A DNA stretch of 64,000 nucleotides, taken from Candidatus Krumholzibacteriota bacterium (GTDB taxonomy: Bacteria; Krumholzibacteriota; Krumholzibacteriia; JAJRXK01). Shown here piece by piece: positions 47,274 to 57,888 of the stretch. Numbering within the stretch: the first letter of the stretch is position 1; the number at the start of each line of letters is the position of its first letter. The stretch is from assembly GCA_024276305.1 (NCBI GenBank), contig JAJRXK010000019.1, positions 43,294-107,293 of the forward strand, written 5' to 3'. Both the position numbers and the translations under genes were made by a program. The notes below the pieces were generated by a model. It was given only the letters and a program-made list of their open reading frames with translations, did no database searches and was not told the DNA's origin.

Positions 47274-50200
47274 ATGAAGAGATTCGTATCTCTGACGTTG
47301 TGCTTCGCTCTGGTCGCCTTTGCCGGTTCCGCACTGGCAAGGTCCGGCGCGAGCAGCACGATCGACCGGGATCTGAGCGACCTCGAATTCGCGATTCCGG
47401 ATGAGAACACAGTTCTGACGAGCTCGACCAGCGATGCTGCGTTGCGCTTCAAGGAAGCCGCTGGTCCGGATACGTTTGCCCTCTATGGGTACACGAATGA
47501 TCCGGTCAACGGTAAGTTCAATGACATCAACGGTGTCATCCCTCAATGGCAGGGCTGGATGGGCGTCGACATGACCGACGCGCTTCCGTTCTGGCAGGTC
47601 TCCACGTTCAATGCCGCGAATCTGAACAACCACGGCGCGGGGAACCTCGCGGCATGGTCCGGCCAGACCGCTGCTCAGCAGCCCGGTTGGGTCGCTGCTC
47701 CGGGTTATGGCAATGGCTGGAACGACATCCTGATCTTCGAAACCCCGGCGTTGTCCAACACCGTCGCGGGCCAGACGGTCGGGCTGGATTTCTTCTTCAA
47801 CCATGACTCCGAGCCCGGCTACGACTTCCTCAATGTCGAGTACGACTCGGCGGGGACGTGGGTCAACATCTACTCGGTTGACGGCGACAGCAAGGACACC
47901 ACCGGTGTCTTCGCGGCTCCGGGTGTGCAGTTCTCCGCCGTCGGCGGGTCGGTTGTCTACGGTGGCGGCGACTACGGCGGACCGAACAACGATCAGATCC
48001 GTCTGCGGATCCGTTTCCAGTCCGATGGTGCATGGTCCAATCAGGACGGTCTGTGGCCGACCAGCGGCGGTGCCGTCCAAGTCGATGACATCACTGTCAG
48101 CTGGAATGACGGCGTTGGTCCTCAGACGGCCTTCGAGGACTTCGAAAGCGGTGCCTTCACCGTTGCCACGGGTGCCTGGCACCCGCAGAAGTCGGTCTTC
48201 GCGGGCGACTTCGCGCAGATCCTCCCTCGCCTGAACGACATCGATCCCTGTCAGGAGGACATCACTCCTCTGCTGATGTTCATCGATCAGAATCAGGTCG
48301 TCGGGAATGCGTCCAGTGCCGCGTTGATTCCTGGTTATCCCACCCAGACCGGTGGTGCCACGTCGATCAACCCGTCCAACAGCTATGGGCCGGGTGGCTA
48401 CGTCGTGAACTTCAACGGTGGTCTGAGCCAGGGCCAGGTTCGTCTTTGGAACATGGCCTGGAGCCCGGAAATCACCTGGGATCTCCCGACCACGGCTGAT
48501 GACGGCGTGGACTTCGCGGGTGCGCGGATGCGTTTCGACGTGTGGCGTGACCTTCAGTTCATCGACGGAATGTTCTACTTCTGGCAGGTGCGTTCGAGCG
48601 TGGACGGCGTTGCTTGGAAGGATTGGGCGGACTTCAACACCGTGTACTACGGTGGCGGCGTCACGACCTGGTTGAACTCCGACAATGACATCACCCCGCT
48701 CCTCGAGCCCGGGCTGCAGAAGCTTCAGGTCTCGGTGGGTGTCTACGATCTGGCCGGAATCTTCCCGGGCACGATCGGTGATGATGCCTCTCCTTCGCCG
48801 GCCTTCGACAACATTGCGGTCATCAAGTACCGCATTTCGGGTCCGACGATCTCTCAGCGCGTTTTCTATCGGGTTCAGGACGGCTTCCCGGTTTCGGGTA
48901 GCATCGACGTGAGCACGCAGGCTGCGCGCGATGGTCTGGACATTCCGTTCAGCATGGCCAACGATGTCGCGACGGGATCCACGAATCCGGTCAACGACGC
49001 CGGTGACTCGACCTTCGCGGACATCCAAGCCGTGATTCCCGGGTCAGCCCTGACGGACATGCGGATGTTCTGGGTCCTCGACAAGAATCCTCTCTTCGAG
49101 GATGCCATCCGTACCGTTCCTGCGCGTGCGAAGGACGTGAACGTCGTTGCCGGCGCCACTCAGTGGACCGGTGAAGTGCTTCACGACACCACCACCACCA
49201 GCAATGGTAACGTCATCAAGGATCGTTATTTCTTCGATCTGCCGGATACCAACTTCATGTATCCCGGTGACGTGCTGCGGATCTACTACCAGGCCACGGA
49301 CGATGGTGGGCGAGTCACGACTCTGCCCAGCTCGACCACCGGATTCTTGACGGGCAATGGCTACAGCAGTGTCTTCACGGTTCGCGGTCTTCCGTCGATC
49401 TCCGATGTGGCTGGAACCCAGCCGCCGAAGCTGGTGCTGAATGACTTCGGTCATCGCGGCAGTGAGAACGATTTCCTCTCGGCTCTGGGCCAGTTGGGCT
49501 TCGTGGAGGGCGTCGACTACGACACCTACACCACGACCGCGCCTAGCTCCGGTCTGTCCAATGGAATCGGTTCGGCGGGTGTGCATGGTGCGAATGCGAA
49601 TCAGCTGGCCGGGTACGACACCATCGTGTACCTGATCGGCAACCTGAGCACCTTCATCCTCAGTGATGGTTCCAATAATGGTGGAAACGACAAGGCCAAC
49701 GACCTCGCCGTGCTCACTTCGTGGCATGGCCTGGCCGGTCCTCGTAACATGGTTCACTTCGGTGACAACGTTGTCAGCGGTCTGATCGCGGACAGCGCAG
49801 CGGGTGCGACCTATGTTGCGACGATTCTGAACACCAACCTCACCGACAACGATGTCCGGGACGAGATTGGCAATCAGACCGCGCCGCTGGTGAAGCCTCT
49901 GGACCCGGCCTTCGCGACCGAGTTCGTGGCCTATGGTGGCTGTCTCTCCATCAACCAGTTCGACAGCATCACTCCCGCTGCCGGCTCCATTGCCGGTCAT
50001 GGATTCTGGGATCCGGGGACGGCCAGTGTCTACGCTGGTCCCGCGGCTTCGGTGATCTATGATCGCCTCGAGCCCCCGACGACGGGTGATCGCAAGGTGG
50101 ACATGGTCTTCCCGTACAGCTTGGGCTTCGTCTACGATCCCCGTGCGAAGGCTGCTGGGAGCACGACCTCTGCCACCGAGCTGCTCCGCGAGATCTTCGA

Positions 50201-50528
50201 CTACTTCGCAGTTTCCAGTGGCGTTCCTGGTGGCGAGACCGCCGCGCCGAGTGCGAAGTTGATCTCGATGGATGTGTATCCGAACCCGTTCAACCCGCAG
50301 ACCACCGTCAAATTCGCCAACCTGCCGGCCAAGGCCAGCGGTTCGGTGAAGGTGTTCAACCTGCGCGGTGAGCTCGTGGCGACGCTGCACAGCGGCGAGT
50401 TCTCGAAGTCCTCGTTCGTCTGGAACGGTACCGACAACAACGGTTCCTCCGTGGCGAGCGGCGTCTACATGATCGAGGGTCAGGCCGACGGCTTCCGTCA
50501 GGTGGTCAAGGTCGCTCTCGTGAAGTAG
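47274..50528 (+). CDS. 1084-aa secreted protein with FlgD-Ig/T9SS-type C-terminal sorting domain, function unknown.
   Basis: Signal peptide MKRFVSLTLCFALVAFAGSALA. C-terminus VYPNPFNPQTTVKFANL...VKVFNLRGELVA...WNGTDNNGSSVASGVYMI. Confidence 0.75.
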   Translation: MKRFVSLTLCFALVAFAGSALARSGASSTIDRDLSDLEFAIPDENTVLTSSTSDAALRFKEAAGPDTFALYGYTNDPVNGKFNDINGVIPQWQGWMGVDMTDALPFWQVSTFNAANLNNHGAGNLAAWSGQTAAQQPGWVAAPGYGNGWNDILIFETPALSNTVAGQTVGLDFFFNHDSEPGYDFLNVEYDSAGTWVNIYSVDGDSKDTTGVFAAPGVQFSAVGGSVVYGGGDYGGPNNDQIRLRIRFQSDGAWSNQDGLWPTSGGAVQVDDITVSWNDGVGPQTAFEDFESGAFTVATGAWHPQKSVFAGDFAQILPRLNDIDPCQEDITPLLMFIDQNQVVGNASSAALIPGYPTQTGGATSINPSNSYGPGGYVVNFNGGLSQGQVRLWNMAWSPEITWDLPTTADDGVDFAGARMRFDVWRDLQFIDGMFYFWQVRSSVDGVAWKDWADFNTVYYGGGVTTWLNSDNDITPLLEPGLQKLQVSVGVYDLAGIFPGTIGDDASPSPAFDNIAVIKYRISGPTISQRVFYRVQDGFPVSGSIDVSTQAARDGLDIPFSMANDVATGSTNPVNDAGDSTFADIQAVIPGSALTDMRMFWVLDKNPLFEDAIRTVPARAKDVNVVAGATQWTGEVLHDTTTTSNGNVIKDRYFFDLPDTNFMYPGDVLRIYYQATDDGGRVTTLPSSTTGFLTGNGYSSVFTVRGLPSISDVAGTQPPKLVLNDFGHRGSENDFLSALGQLGFVEGVDYDTYTTTAPSSGLSNGIGSAGVHGANANQLAGYDTIVYLIGNLSTFILSDGSNNGGNDKANDLAVLTSWHGLAGPRNMVHFGDNVVSGLIADSAAGATYVATILNTNLTDNDVRDEIGNQTAPLVKPLDPAFATEFVAYGGCLSINQFDSITPAAGSIAGHGFWDPGTASVYAGPAASVIYDRLEPPTTGDRKVDMVFPYSLGFVYDPRAKAAGSTTSATELLREIFDYFAVSSGVPGGETAAPSAKLISMDVYPNPFNPQTTVKFANLPAKASGSVKVFNLRGELVATLHSGEFSKSSFVWNGTDNNGSSVASGVYMIEGQADGFRQVVKVALVK

Positions 50529-50671
50529 AACTTCGTGCAATCTTGAATCTTCGGATTCGAGAGGGTCGGCGGGACTTAGGTCCCGCCGATTCCTTTTGGC
50601 CGCGGGCGGAGGGATGGCATAAGTCCTTGTTCAAGTTGCGCTTTCCGGTCTGATTGGGGCGGGGGCAGGTG

Positions 50672-50701
50672 TTGACACTCCCCGTGGGCCACCCCTATAT
50701 T
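50672..50701 (+). promoter_or_regulatory. Promoter candidate TTGACA-N18-TATATT.
   Basis: Best sigma-70-like promoter in the window; about 100 nt upstream of the lipoprotein gene start. Confidence 0.45.
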
Positions 50702-50816
50702 TCGGTACCTCGCTCGGGATGATGTGGGGCCGGCCGACCGACCCCAGCGGGTTCGTGGGTCCGTTTTCTCGGATCATTTTGTCCTTTTCACCGACCTCAT
50801 GAAGGGGTCTCTTTTC

Positions 50817-52961
50817 ATGACACGTCGCAATGAATCCGTTTTGGCGTCCACCGCTCTGGCATTGCTGTTGGCGATGACGCTCCTCTACGGTTGCCGGGCC
50901 TTCGATCCCGAGCCGGTGATTCTGAATCGTCCCCCCGATACTTGGATCGTGGGCGCGCCGGCAGAGACCACCGGCGGGCGCTTTCAACGACATCTCTATT
51001 GGTTCGGAAGCGATGTAGACGGTCAGGTCGTTCAATACATTTATGCGATTACCGATTCGACGGTGCAGAAGCCGAACGACCCCGATGGATTGGACGAAGA
51101 GAACGAGCGATTCAATCCGGCTCTGGACGTGACCACTCTCATCGACAATGCCGAGCGCAAAGTGGGGTGGACCACGAAGTCCGATTCCGTCTTCACCTTC
51201 GTTGTGGATCGCGGATCGGTGACCGCCAAGGATGTCACCTTCCACATCGTGGCCGTGGATGATCGGGGAGCGATCGATCGCACTCCGGCCCGGCTGCATT
51301 TTTTCGACAACAGTCTCGGAAATCCGGAGATTCGCTTCGAGCTCTATATCGACGAGGGCCCCGGAGGCACGGCGCCGCCGGAGTGGAAGCTCCACTGGGT
51401 TGGCAGTCGCGACCAGGTCGACCTCGCGGCATCTCCTGAGTCCTCCTCTCGGCCTTTCATCGGCTTCGGTCGGCGCTTTCGTTTGACCTGGGATGCCAGC
51501 TCTCCCAATGGCCCCATCGTGGGCTATCGATTCAAGGCGACCCAGGATGATGGTGGTTTCACTCCTCCGGCGGTGGAGGGGCGCAAACAGTGGGATCTGG
51601 GTCTCACCGAAATGGTCTATCAGAATGACCGTCCCCCTTCCACGTTGCCCGCGGCCTGTGATTCCGTGACCGCGGTGGGCTGCTCGCCGGACGAGGTGCG
51701 CTTCAGTTCGGGGAACTACGTCTTGAGTGTGGAGGCCTTGGATGCGGCGCTCGTGGAATCGGCGCCCGGCGCGGGGGAGATCAGCTTCGAGGTCAACTAT
51801 CCGCCGGAGACGATGCTCTTCCGAGGGCAGGATGATGTGGGCGAGGTCTGGCCGCGCTTCGAGCTGCGCGATGCCAATTGGAACCTCCTCAGCGAGAGCA
51901 GTTTCTCCGATGGCGATACCGTTCCCGCGGGAGCCTATGTGAAGTTCCGCTCATCGGGCTTCGATCGAGTTCCGGCCTTCGCGGGGGCTCAGTTCGATTC
52001 GTTTTGCTGCGACGAGGTGCTCGATCCCTCGGCGAGTGAAGTTCGTTACCAGGCGAGGCTCGATCTCGTGGCGTTCGACGGAAGACGGAATCTGCGGTTC
52101 AGCAATGTTTTCTCCACGCCGGATGTCTCGGACAGCATCGGCTTCGTGACCGGACCCTTCGAATACAGTCTCAAGTCCCGCACCGTCGACGAGCACCGAC
52201 GTCCCGACCCGAGCTCCGACGAGCTGCATTTCGTAGCCGGTTATCCCCCTCTGGTCACCAGTATCGGTCCCGCGACGGGGGACACCATCGTGTTTCGAGC
52301 TCCGGTGACCGCGGATCGGTGGCCGGAGAACGAGTATCCCTACACGGTTTCGTCTTCGGTCAGCAAGTGGTGGGACGGGCGGCAGTACTTGGACACGGAT
52401 TGCGGGGCTGCCTGCAGTCGGGTGTTGGGGAATATCTACACCATTCGCCCGCGCTTCGAAGGGCAGGGAGATCCTCGGGAGGCAGCCACTGCCGTTCGGG
52501 CCTGGACCTATTCGGCCCATTCGGAGAACGATCCGGAGAATGTCATCGGAGATGGCCCTGGGGAGAGCCCGGATTTGAGCTTCTACAACGACTCGCCGCT
52601 GCCGAATGTGTGGGATTTCACCGAGGCGGAGGGCTTCCAGATCTTTGTGCCCTTCCAGATCTGGTTCCAGCCGGACCAATTCGATCCGGCCGGACTGGCC
52701 ACCGAGGCCACGAAGCAAGGGGCGGAGTTGCGCCGTTCTCTCGGCGAGATAACATTGCGGGTGCGTGCGCGAACCACGAGCTTGGGCGACGACTATGACC
52801 TCTACCAGAACACCCGGCCCGAAGAGGGTGCCAATGCTCAGACGATCGATATCGCCCGCTTCGGGCGCCGGAGCGCGATCGCGGAGGTGAAGTACCATGT
52901 CCTACTAGGCATCGACGACGCCTTCACCGGATCCATTCAACGCTACTGGCCGGACTTCTGA
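50817..52961 (+). CDS. 714-aa lipoprotein with repeated WxGxDxDG-IxxYxY beta-sandwich motifs; paralog of the next gene.
   Basis: Lipobox LLYGC. Motifs HLYWFGSDVDGQVVQYIYAI, FRLTWDASSPNGPIVGYRFKAT, HIVAVDDRGAIDRTPA. Confidence 0.7.
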   Translation: MTRRNESVLASTALALLLAMTLLYGCRAFDPEPVILNRPPDTWIVGAPAETTGGRFQRHLYWFGSDVDGQVVQYIYAITDSTVQKPNDPDGLDEENERFNPALDVTTLIDNAERKVGWTTKSDSVFTFVVDRGSVTAKDVTFHIVAVDDRGAIDRTPARLHFFDNSLGNPEIRFELYIDEGPGGTAPPEWKLHWVGSRDQVDLAASPESSSRPFIGFGRRFRLTWDASSPNGPIVGYRFKATQDDGGFTPPAVEGRKQWDLGLTEMVYQNDRPPSTLPAACDSVTAVGCSPDEVRFSSGNYVLSVEALDAALVESAPGAGEISFEVNYPPETMLFRGQDDVGEVWPRFELRDANWNLLSESSFSDGDTVPAGAYVKFRSSGFDRVPAFAGAQFDSFCCDEVLDPSASEVRYQARLDLVAFDGRRNLRFSNVFSTPDVSDSIGFVTGPFEYSLKSRTVDEHRRPDPSSDELHFVAGYPPLVTSIGPATGDTIVFRAPVTADRWPENEYPYTVSSSVSKWWDGRQYLDTDCGAACSRVLGNIYTIRPRFEGQGDPREAATAVRAWTYSAHSENDPENVIGDGPGESPDLSFYNDSPLPNVWDFTEAEGFQIFVPFQIWFQPDQFDPAGLATEATKQGAELRRSLGEITLRVRARTTSLGDDYDLYQNTRPEEGANAQTIDIARFGRRSAIAEVKYHVLLGIDDAFTGSIQRYWPDF

Positions 52962-53055
52962 GTCGGGGATCACCATGGGAAACGATCGGCAGTCGAGCAC
53001 ATTACTCCCCCTAGCATCGCCAGGTGACGTCGTTGGACGGAACAAGAGGTGGATC

Positions 53056-55404
53056 ATGAAAATTCTGAAGCCGATGCTCTGGGTGATGATCCTGGGAGCG
53101 GGCCTGGCGGGTTGCGGCGACGAGCCCATTCAGGGGGACTTCGTGAGCAATCAGCCACCGGAGACGGATGTGACCTCCACTCCGCCGGTGTTCGGGCAGA
53201 CGAGCTTCACGGTCTCCTTCTCTTGGAAGGGTCGAGATCCCGACAGCGAGATTGCCGGATTCGAATGGCGGATCAGCAACAATGGCGCGGATGGGATCGT
53301 CGACCAAGCGGACACCTTGGAATCCATTCTGCCCTGGAGTTTCACGACCGCCGCAGAGTCCACCTTCGTGGTTTCGGCCGAGAACGATTCTTTCTCCATG
53401 GACACTTCCGACCCGCGCCAGGGTCCTGATGACTATCGCTTTTGGCAGACCCATACCTTCTTCATCCGTGCCGTCGACAATGAGGGCATGAAGGATCCGA
53501 CTCCGGCGATGGTGAGTTTCACCGCGACCACCCTCTCTCCGACCATCTCGATCGACGTGCCCGTCGCTTCGGCCTTCAACAGTTGCGTTTCCGCAGCGCG
53601 GGTGCTCACCTTCGGTTGGACGGCGGTCGACCCCGATGTCGCAAGCAATGAACCTGCGGAGGTGCGCTATCTCCTCAAGCGAGTGGGGGGAGCGGCGGAC
53701 GATTGTCTGACCCAGGTTGGTTACGAAGCTACGAGTCCGATTCGCAATGACGATCCTGGGTGGAGCGATTGGGTCGCCTACGACGCTGCCGATGACAGTG
53801 GCAAGACGGTCACCTTGCCCAAGCAGAGGGTGGGGGACTCCTTCCTCTTCGCGGTGCAGGCGAGGGACCTCGCGGGGGCGGTGACTCCGACCTTCACCTG
53901 GGACAAGAATGTCCGGCACGTCCGGATCGGAGTCGACAAATTCCCCTTGTTGCTGGTCACCGAGAGGTTCCTGGGGGGCGATTCCTTCGTTTCGGTCAAC
54001 AAGATCAAGGCCTTCGACATCGTCCAGGGGCAAGAGCTTCGTTTCGAATGGTCGGCCGACGCCTCGACCTACGCAGGGGTCATCGACGCCTTTCGCTACG
54101 GTTGGGATGTTGCGGACCCGGAAGACGAGAACGATCCGGGGTGGGCGGTGGCCTGGGGATTGGGGGCCAATTGGAAGCAGGCCCAACCCCGGAGCTTCCT
54201 GCAGGGATCGCACAACTTCATCGTTCAGTGTCGCGACAATTCGGGGACGATCAGTCGGGCTCTGTACCAGCTCCAAGTGATTCAGATCGCGACCCGGGCG
54301 GAACAGCGATCGGTTCTGCTCATCGACGACTGGAAGGACATCGGAGCCGTGAGCGAAGCCCTCGACGACCAGTGGGATCGTCGGTGGAAAGAGCACCTGC
54401 TCAAGGTCGCGGGATTCCAGGATTCGGACATCATCGATGCGCAGACCACTCGAGCCCGGGTCAAGTTCGCGACCCTGAATGAGTACAAGTCTGTGGTGTG
54501 GTTCACCAACTCCGGGGAAGAGTCCTTCTTCCACACCACCTTTGCTCCGCTGAACACTCGAACCCCTCAGTTCAATTGGCTGGAGGTCTACCAGGGACAG
54601 GTGGGCAATCTCCTGCTGGTCGGGCCAGGCGCCGTGTTCAACAGCATCGAGCGCGGGCCACCCTCCTGGCAGTTCCCGGTGGTCTTCAATGTCTCGAATG
54701 GCGGCGAACTCGGTTTCGGGGAAGAGACGAGGCCTGACGGTACGAAGTTCAATCGGGGAACCATTCGCTATCCCTATACTGCCTGGTGCCTGGAGGCGGT
54801 GGACATCGTCCGACCTTCGTTCACCAAGATCTTCGGCGAAGCGCCGGGGCGAGCGGTGCGTCGGAAGGCCTGCTCGGGAATCTATCGGGCTCGCTTGGAT
54901 GATGTTTTCCTGGCTCAGAACGGGGACGCGGTCGGGAGTGGGGTGACGGATCTGCAACCAAGTGGGGATCGGAAGGCCGAGAACACGAATCTGCAGCTTC
55001 CCTTCGAGGAGTTCTACAACGTCAATCTCACCTCTCGGTCCTTGAACATCAGTCTGCGTTCTTGTCAGACCGCCATGTTCCGGGCGGAAGCGCGAGTGGA
55101 TGCGCAGGATCCCGAGCCCACGGAGACGACTCCGGGAGTCTTCGTGGTGCCCGTCCTCTCGGGTTGTGGCCTGAACGATGGGGCGAAGTTCAACCGCGCG
55201 ACCGCCGGTCCGACGGACAATGCGTCGGGGGTCACGGGAGCTCCGATTGGCGTGGTCAGCACCGTCTATTCGGCGGAGAAACTCCTCCCCGGTTCCGAGG
55301 ACTTTCTCTGGGGATTCAACCCCATGGGTTTCGATGACGATCAGGTGCGCGCCGCAATCCGGTGGATCATCCGCTCGAAGTGGGAGATCAGCGTTCAGCG
55401 ATGA
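53056..55404 (+). CDS. 782-aa lipoprotein, paralog of the preceding gene (same motif architecture).
   Basis: Lipobox LAGCGDE. Motifs FTVSFSWKGRDPDSEIAGFEWRI, VLTFGWTAVDPDVASNEPAEVRYLL, FFIRAVDNEGMKDPTPA. AGAGGTGG RBS. Confidence 0.7.
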   Translation: MKILKPMLWVMILGAGLAGCGDEPIQGDFVSNQPPETDVTSTPPVFGQTSFTVSFSWKGRDPDSEIAGFEWRISNNGADGIVDQADTLESILPWSFTTAAESTFVVSAENDSFSMDTSDPRQGPDDYRFWQTHTFFIRAVDNEGMKDPTPAMVSFTATTLSPTISIDVPVASAFNSCVSAARVLTFGWTAVDPDVASNEPAEVRYLLKRVGGAADDCLTQVGYEATSPIRNDDPGWSDWVAYDAADDSGKTVTLPKQRVGDSFLFAVQARDLAGAVTPTFTWDKNVRHVRIGVDKFPLLLVTERFLGGDSFVSVNKIKAFDIVQGQELRFEWSADASTYAGVIDAFRYGWDVADPEDENDPGWAVAWGLGANWKQAQPRSFLQGSHNFIVQCRDNSGTISRALYQLQVIQIATRAEQRSVLLIDDWKDIGAVSEALDDQWDRRWKEHLLKVAGFQDSDIIDAQTTRARVKFATLNEYKSVVWFTNSGEESFFHTTFAPLNTRTPQFNWLEVYQGQVGNLLLVGPGAVFNSIERGPPSWQFPVVFNVSNGGELGFGEETRPDGTKFNRGTIRYPYTAWCLEAVDIVRPSFTKIFGEAPGRAVRRKACSGIYRARLDDVFLAQNGDAVGSGVTDLQPSGDRKAENTNLQLPFEEFYNVNLTSRSLNISLRSCQTAMFRAEARVDAQDPEPTETTPGVFVVPVLSGCGLNDGAKFNRATAGPTDNASGVTGAPIGVVSTVYSAEKLLPGSEDFLWGFNPMGFDDDQVRAAIRWIIRSKWEISVQR

Positions 55405-55439
55405 ACGGGTTCCTTGACGCCGCGAGGCGAGGAGTGTCG

Positions 55440-57851
55440 ATGAGGGCGATGATTTGTGCAAAGGTCAGGCTCGAAGTGATGTCACTGGTCTTGGTCCTTC
55501 TGAGCGCGAACGCGGGAGTGGTTCGAGCGCAATTCGAGGCGTGCGGCGATACTCTGGCGTTGGTTTCGCCACGGGGATTGGAAATCAACTTCGTCGAATC
55601 GCCGGTGAGAGGGAATCAGCTCTGGTGGCCGGCTCTGAGTGCGGAGGATGCCTCCTGCTTCCGCACGGAGGTTCCGGCGGGACTCCAGGCCGAGGTGGAG
55701 CCGGTGGTATCGGGCAGCTACGCGGAGTTCAACGATCGTCAGATCCGATTGACCGCATCCACCGGGGGGCAAATCGGGAGCAAGACTCAGCTGTCGGTGA
55801 AGTTGGCCCTGGAGAGCAGCCCGCCGAATCCCGCGGTTCCTTCGCTGGCCGCGACCATGAACTTGAGTGGGGCCGGCGGCATTTTCTTGGCGGATATCGG
55901 GGCCAATTCCGTCATCCAACGCAATGATGGCGTTCCCGAGCATCTGGTCTCGGTCGATGTCACCGCGATGACCGCAGTCTCCGTCGTCGGGGGAGGGATT
56001 CGAGTCTACGCCGCGGTCACCGGAGTGCCGGTGTTGCGCAGCGATGATGGCGGACAGACTTGGTTCGAACCTCTTCTGGGTGGCGAAAGCCCGATTGCCA
56101 ATCAGAGCGTCGACATCGCGGTCTCGCCTTCGAATCCGGATCTGGTGTTCCTGGCCACTCCACGCGACGGCCTGCTGCGCAGCGATGACGGGGGGCAGAC
56201 CTGGGCCGCGGCAGATGCGGCGATTCGCGATCTATCCTTGACCGACCGAGCGCTCCTCGTCGCGTACCTCTCTGTCGACGTGGGCGGGCAGTTGCGGGAC
56301 CGGCTCTACCTTTCCCTGCGCGGGAAGGGGCTCTTTTTCAGTGATGACGACGCGACGACCTGGCAGAGAGTGGACAACCTGCTGGTCCCGGCGATTGTGG
56401 GAGGAGCGGTGAACTGCGCGGCTCCGGCGACGCAGCCTCCCGATGTCGAGTCGATCGTGGTGAGTCCGACGGATTCCCGAACACTCTATGTGGGGCTCCG
56501 AAACTGGGGGGTGTACCGGGGAACGTCGGCGCATGACGCTTGGGTTCCCGCCTTCGACGGGATGGTGGCCTGTCAGACCGGGATTCAGCAGGGTGCTGCC
56601 GCCAGCGTGAACAGCCTGGTCGTGACTCCGGATCAAGTGGGGGGGCAGGATGTCCTCTTTGCGGGCACCGAATTCCGCGGCATCTTCGTCTCCACCGACG
56701 GGGCTGCGAATTGGAGCGACATCAGTCAGACCGCGGCCTATCCCATCGACGCGGACAGCCTGTTCGTTCCGGTCACGGCTCTGGCCTCGGATCCGACCGG
56801 AACCCAGGCCGTCGTGGCCGCCTTCGATGGAGCGGGCCTTCAACGTTGGTCGCAGGTGTTGGGGGATTGGGTGCCTTTCGACGGGGCCGGCGGCCTGACC
56901 AATCCTCGCATCGCGGATCTGCTACTGCTGCCGGGAACGGGGACGATGTTGGTGGCTTCGGTAGGCGGCGGAGTCTACGAGCCCGGAGACGAGATCGCTC
57001 TTTCGAAAGTTCTGGCTTCGACGGGTGTGGACGTTGGCCTCTCCCTGCGTTTCGACCGGAGAGGAGTGCTCAATCAGGGAGACTCCTTCGACATTCTGGC
57101 TCAGACATTTCAAGCCTATGCAGTGTGGCGGGCGCTCTCCACCAATCTCGTGACCGGAGAGCCGAATTGGCAAATGATCGGCCTCTACGATCTGACCAAT
57201 CCGGAGTTCTGCTCCTTCGACCCTTGTGATTCTCCCAGTCAGACGATTCTTCCCGGGTGTTTCGCAGACAAGAGAGCGAATTGCTTCAAAGTGCAGTCCA
57301 ACAATGGGGAGCTCCAGTGGGGCTTCTTCGATGCCGACGTGTTCAACGGCTTCACCTATCACTACGCGGTCTCCACCCTCGACTACGGATTCGCCGGAAA
57401 CACGGCGCCTCGGGTCTTCGACGGCGATTTCCTGTTCAGCCCGAGGCACCCCTCCGAGTCGAATCACCAAGCGGCCTTGTTCCTTTCGGTGCGTCCGGAA
57501 AACTGGGCCTATCGGGTGTTCGAAACCAACGTAGCGGTGCGGACCGGGCTCGGAGATGTCTTTGCCGTCCCCAATCCTCTGCAGCGTCGGGGTTCGTGGG
57601 ACCTTGCACCGGGTCAGGCGACGGTCCGTTTTCGCAACGTGAGTGAGTCGTCGAAGATCCAGATCTACACTCTGGCCGGCGATCTGGTGCGGGAATTGGA
57701 GAATGTCGTGACTGGAGGCGAGGAGCGCGGAAACATCGAATGGGATACGCGCAACGGAGAAGGGAACGAGGTCGCGAGTGGCGTGTACATCTACCGGGTC
57801 ACAGATGCGACCGGTGCGGAATTCGTGAGTAAGGTTACGATCATTCGTTGA
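55440..57851 (+). CDS. 803-aa secreted BNR/Asp-box repeat (beta-propeller) protein with FlgD-Ig/T9SS-type C-terminal sorting domain.
   Basis: Signal peptide. Four Asp-boxes (SDDGGQTWFEP, SDDGGQTWAAA, SDDDATTWQRV, STDGAANWSDI). C-terminus VFAVPNPLQRRGSWDL...KIQIYTLAGDLV...VASGVYIYRV. GAGGAG RBS. Confidence 0.75.
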   Translation: MRAMICAKVRLEVMSLVLVLLSANAGVVRAQFEACGDTLALVSPRGLEINFVESPVRGNQLWWPALSAEDASCFRTEVPAGLQAEVEPVVSGSYAEFNDRQIRLTASTGGQIGSKTQLSVKLALESSPPNPAVPSLAATMNLSGAGGIFLADIGANSVIQRNDGVPEHLVSVDVTAMTAVSVVGGGIRVYAAVTGVPVLRSDDGGQTWFEPLLGGESPIANQSVDIAVSPSNPDLVFLATPRDGLLRSDDGGQTWAAADAAIRDLSLTDRALLVAYLSVDVGGQLRDRLYLSLRGKGLFFSDDDATTWQRVDNLLVPAIVGGAVNCAAPATQPPDVESIVVSPTDSRTLYVGLRNWGVYRGTSAHDAWVPAFDGMVACQTGIQQGAAASVNSLVVTPDQVGGQDVLFAGTEFRGIFVSTDGAANWSDISQTAAYPIDADSLFVPVTALASDPTGTQAVVAAFDGAGLQRWSQVLGDWVPFDGAGGLTNPRIADLLLLPGTGTMLVASVGGGVYEPGDEIALSKVLASTGVDVGLSLRFDRRGVLNQGDSFDILAQTFQAYAVWRALSTNLVTGEPNWQMIGLYDLTNPEFCSFDPCDSPSQTILPGCFADKRANCFKVQSNNGELQWGFFDADVFNGFTYHYAVSTLDYGFAGNTAPRVFDGDFLFSPRHPSESNHQAALFLSVRPENWAYRVFETNVAVRTGLGDVFAVPNPLQRRGSWDLAPGQATVRFRNVSESSKIQIYTLAGDLVRELENVVTGGEERGNIEWDTRNGEGNEVASGVYIYRVTDATGAEFVSKVTIIR

Positions 57852-57853
57852 GG

Positions 57854-57888
57854 CGCGGGGTGCCATCGGATCTCGGGCACCCCTCGCG
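57854..57888 (+). other. Stable hairpin (about 11-bp GC-rich stem) directly after the BNR gene stop; no U-tract.
   Basis: CGCGGGGTGCC-N11-GGCACCCCTCGCG. Possible terminator or RNA stability element. Confidence 0.3.
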
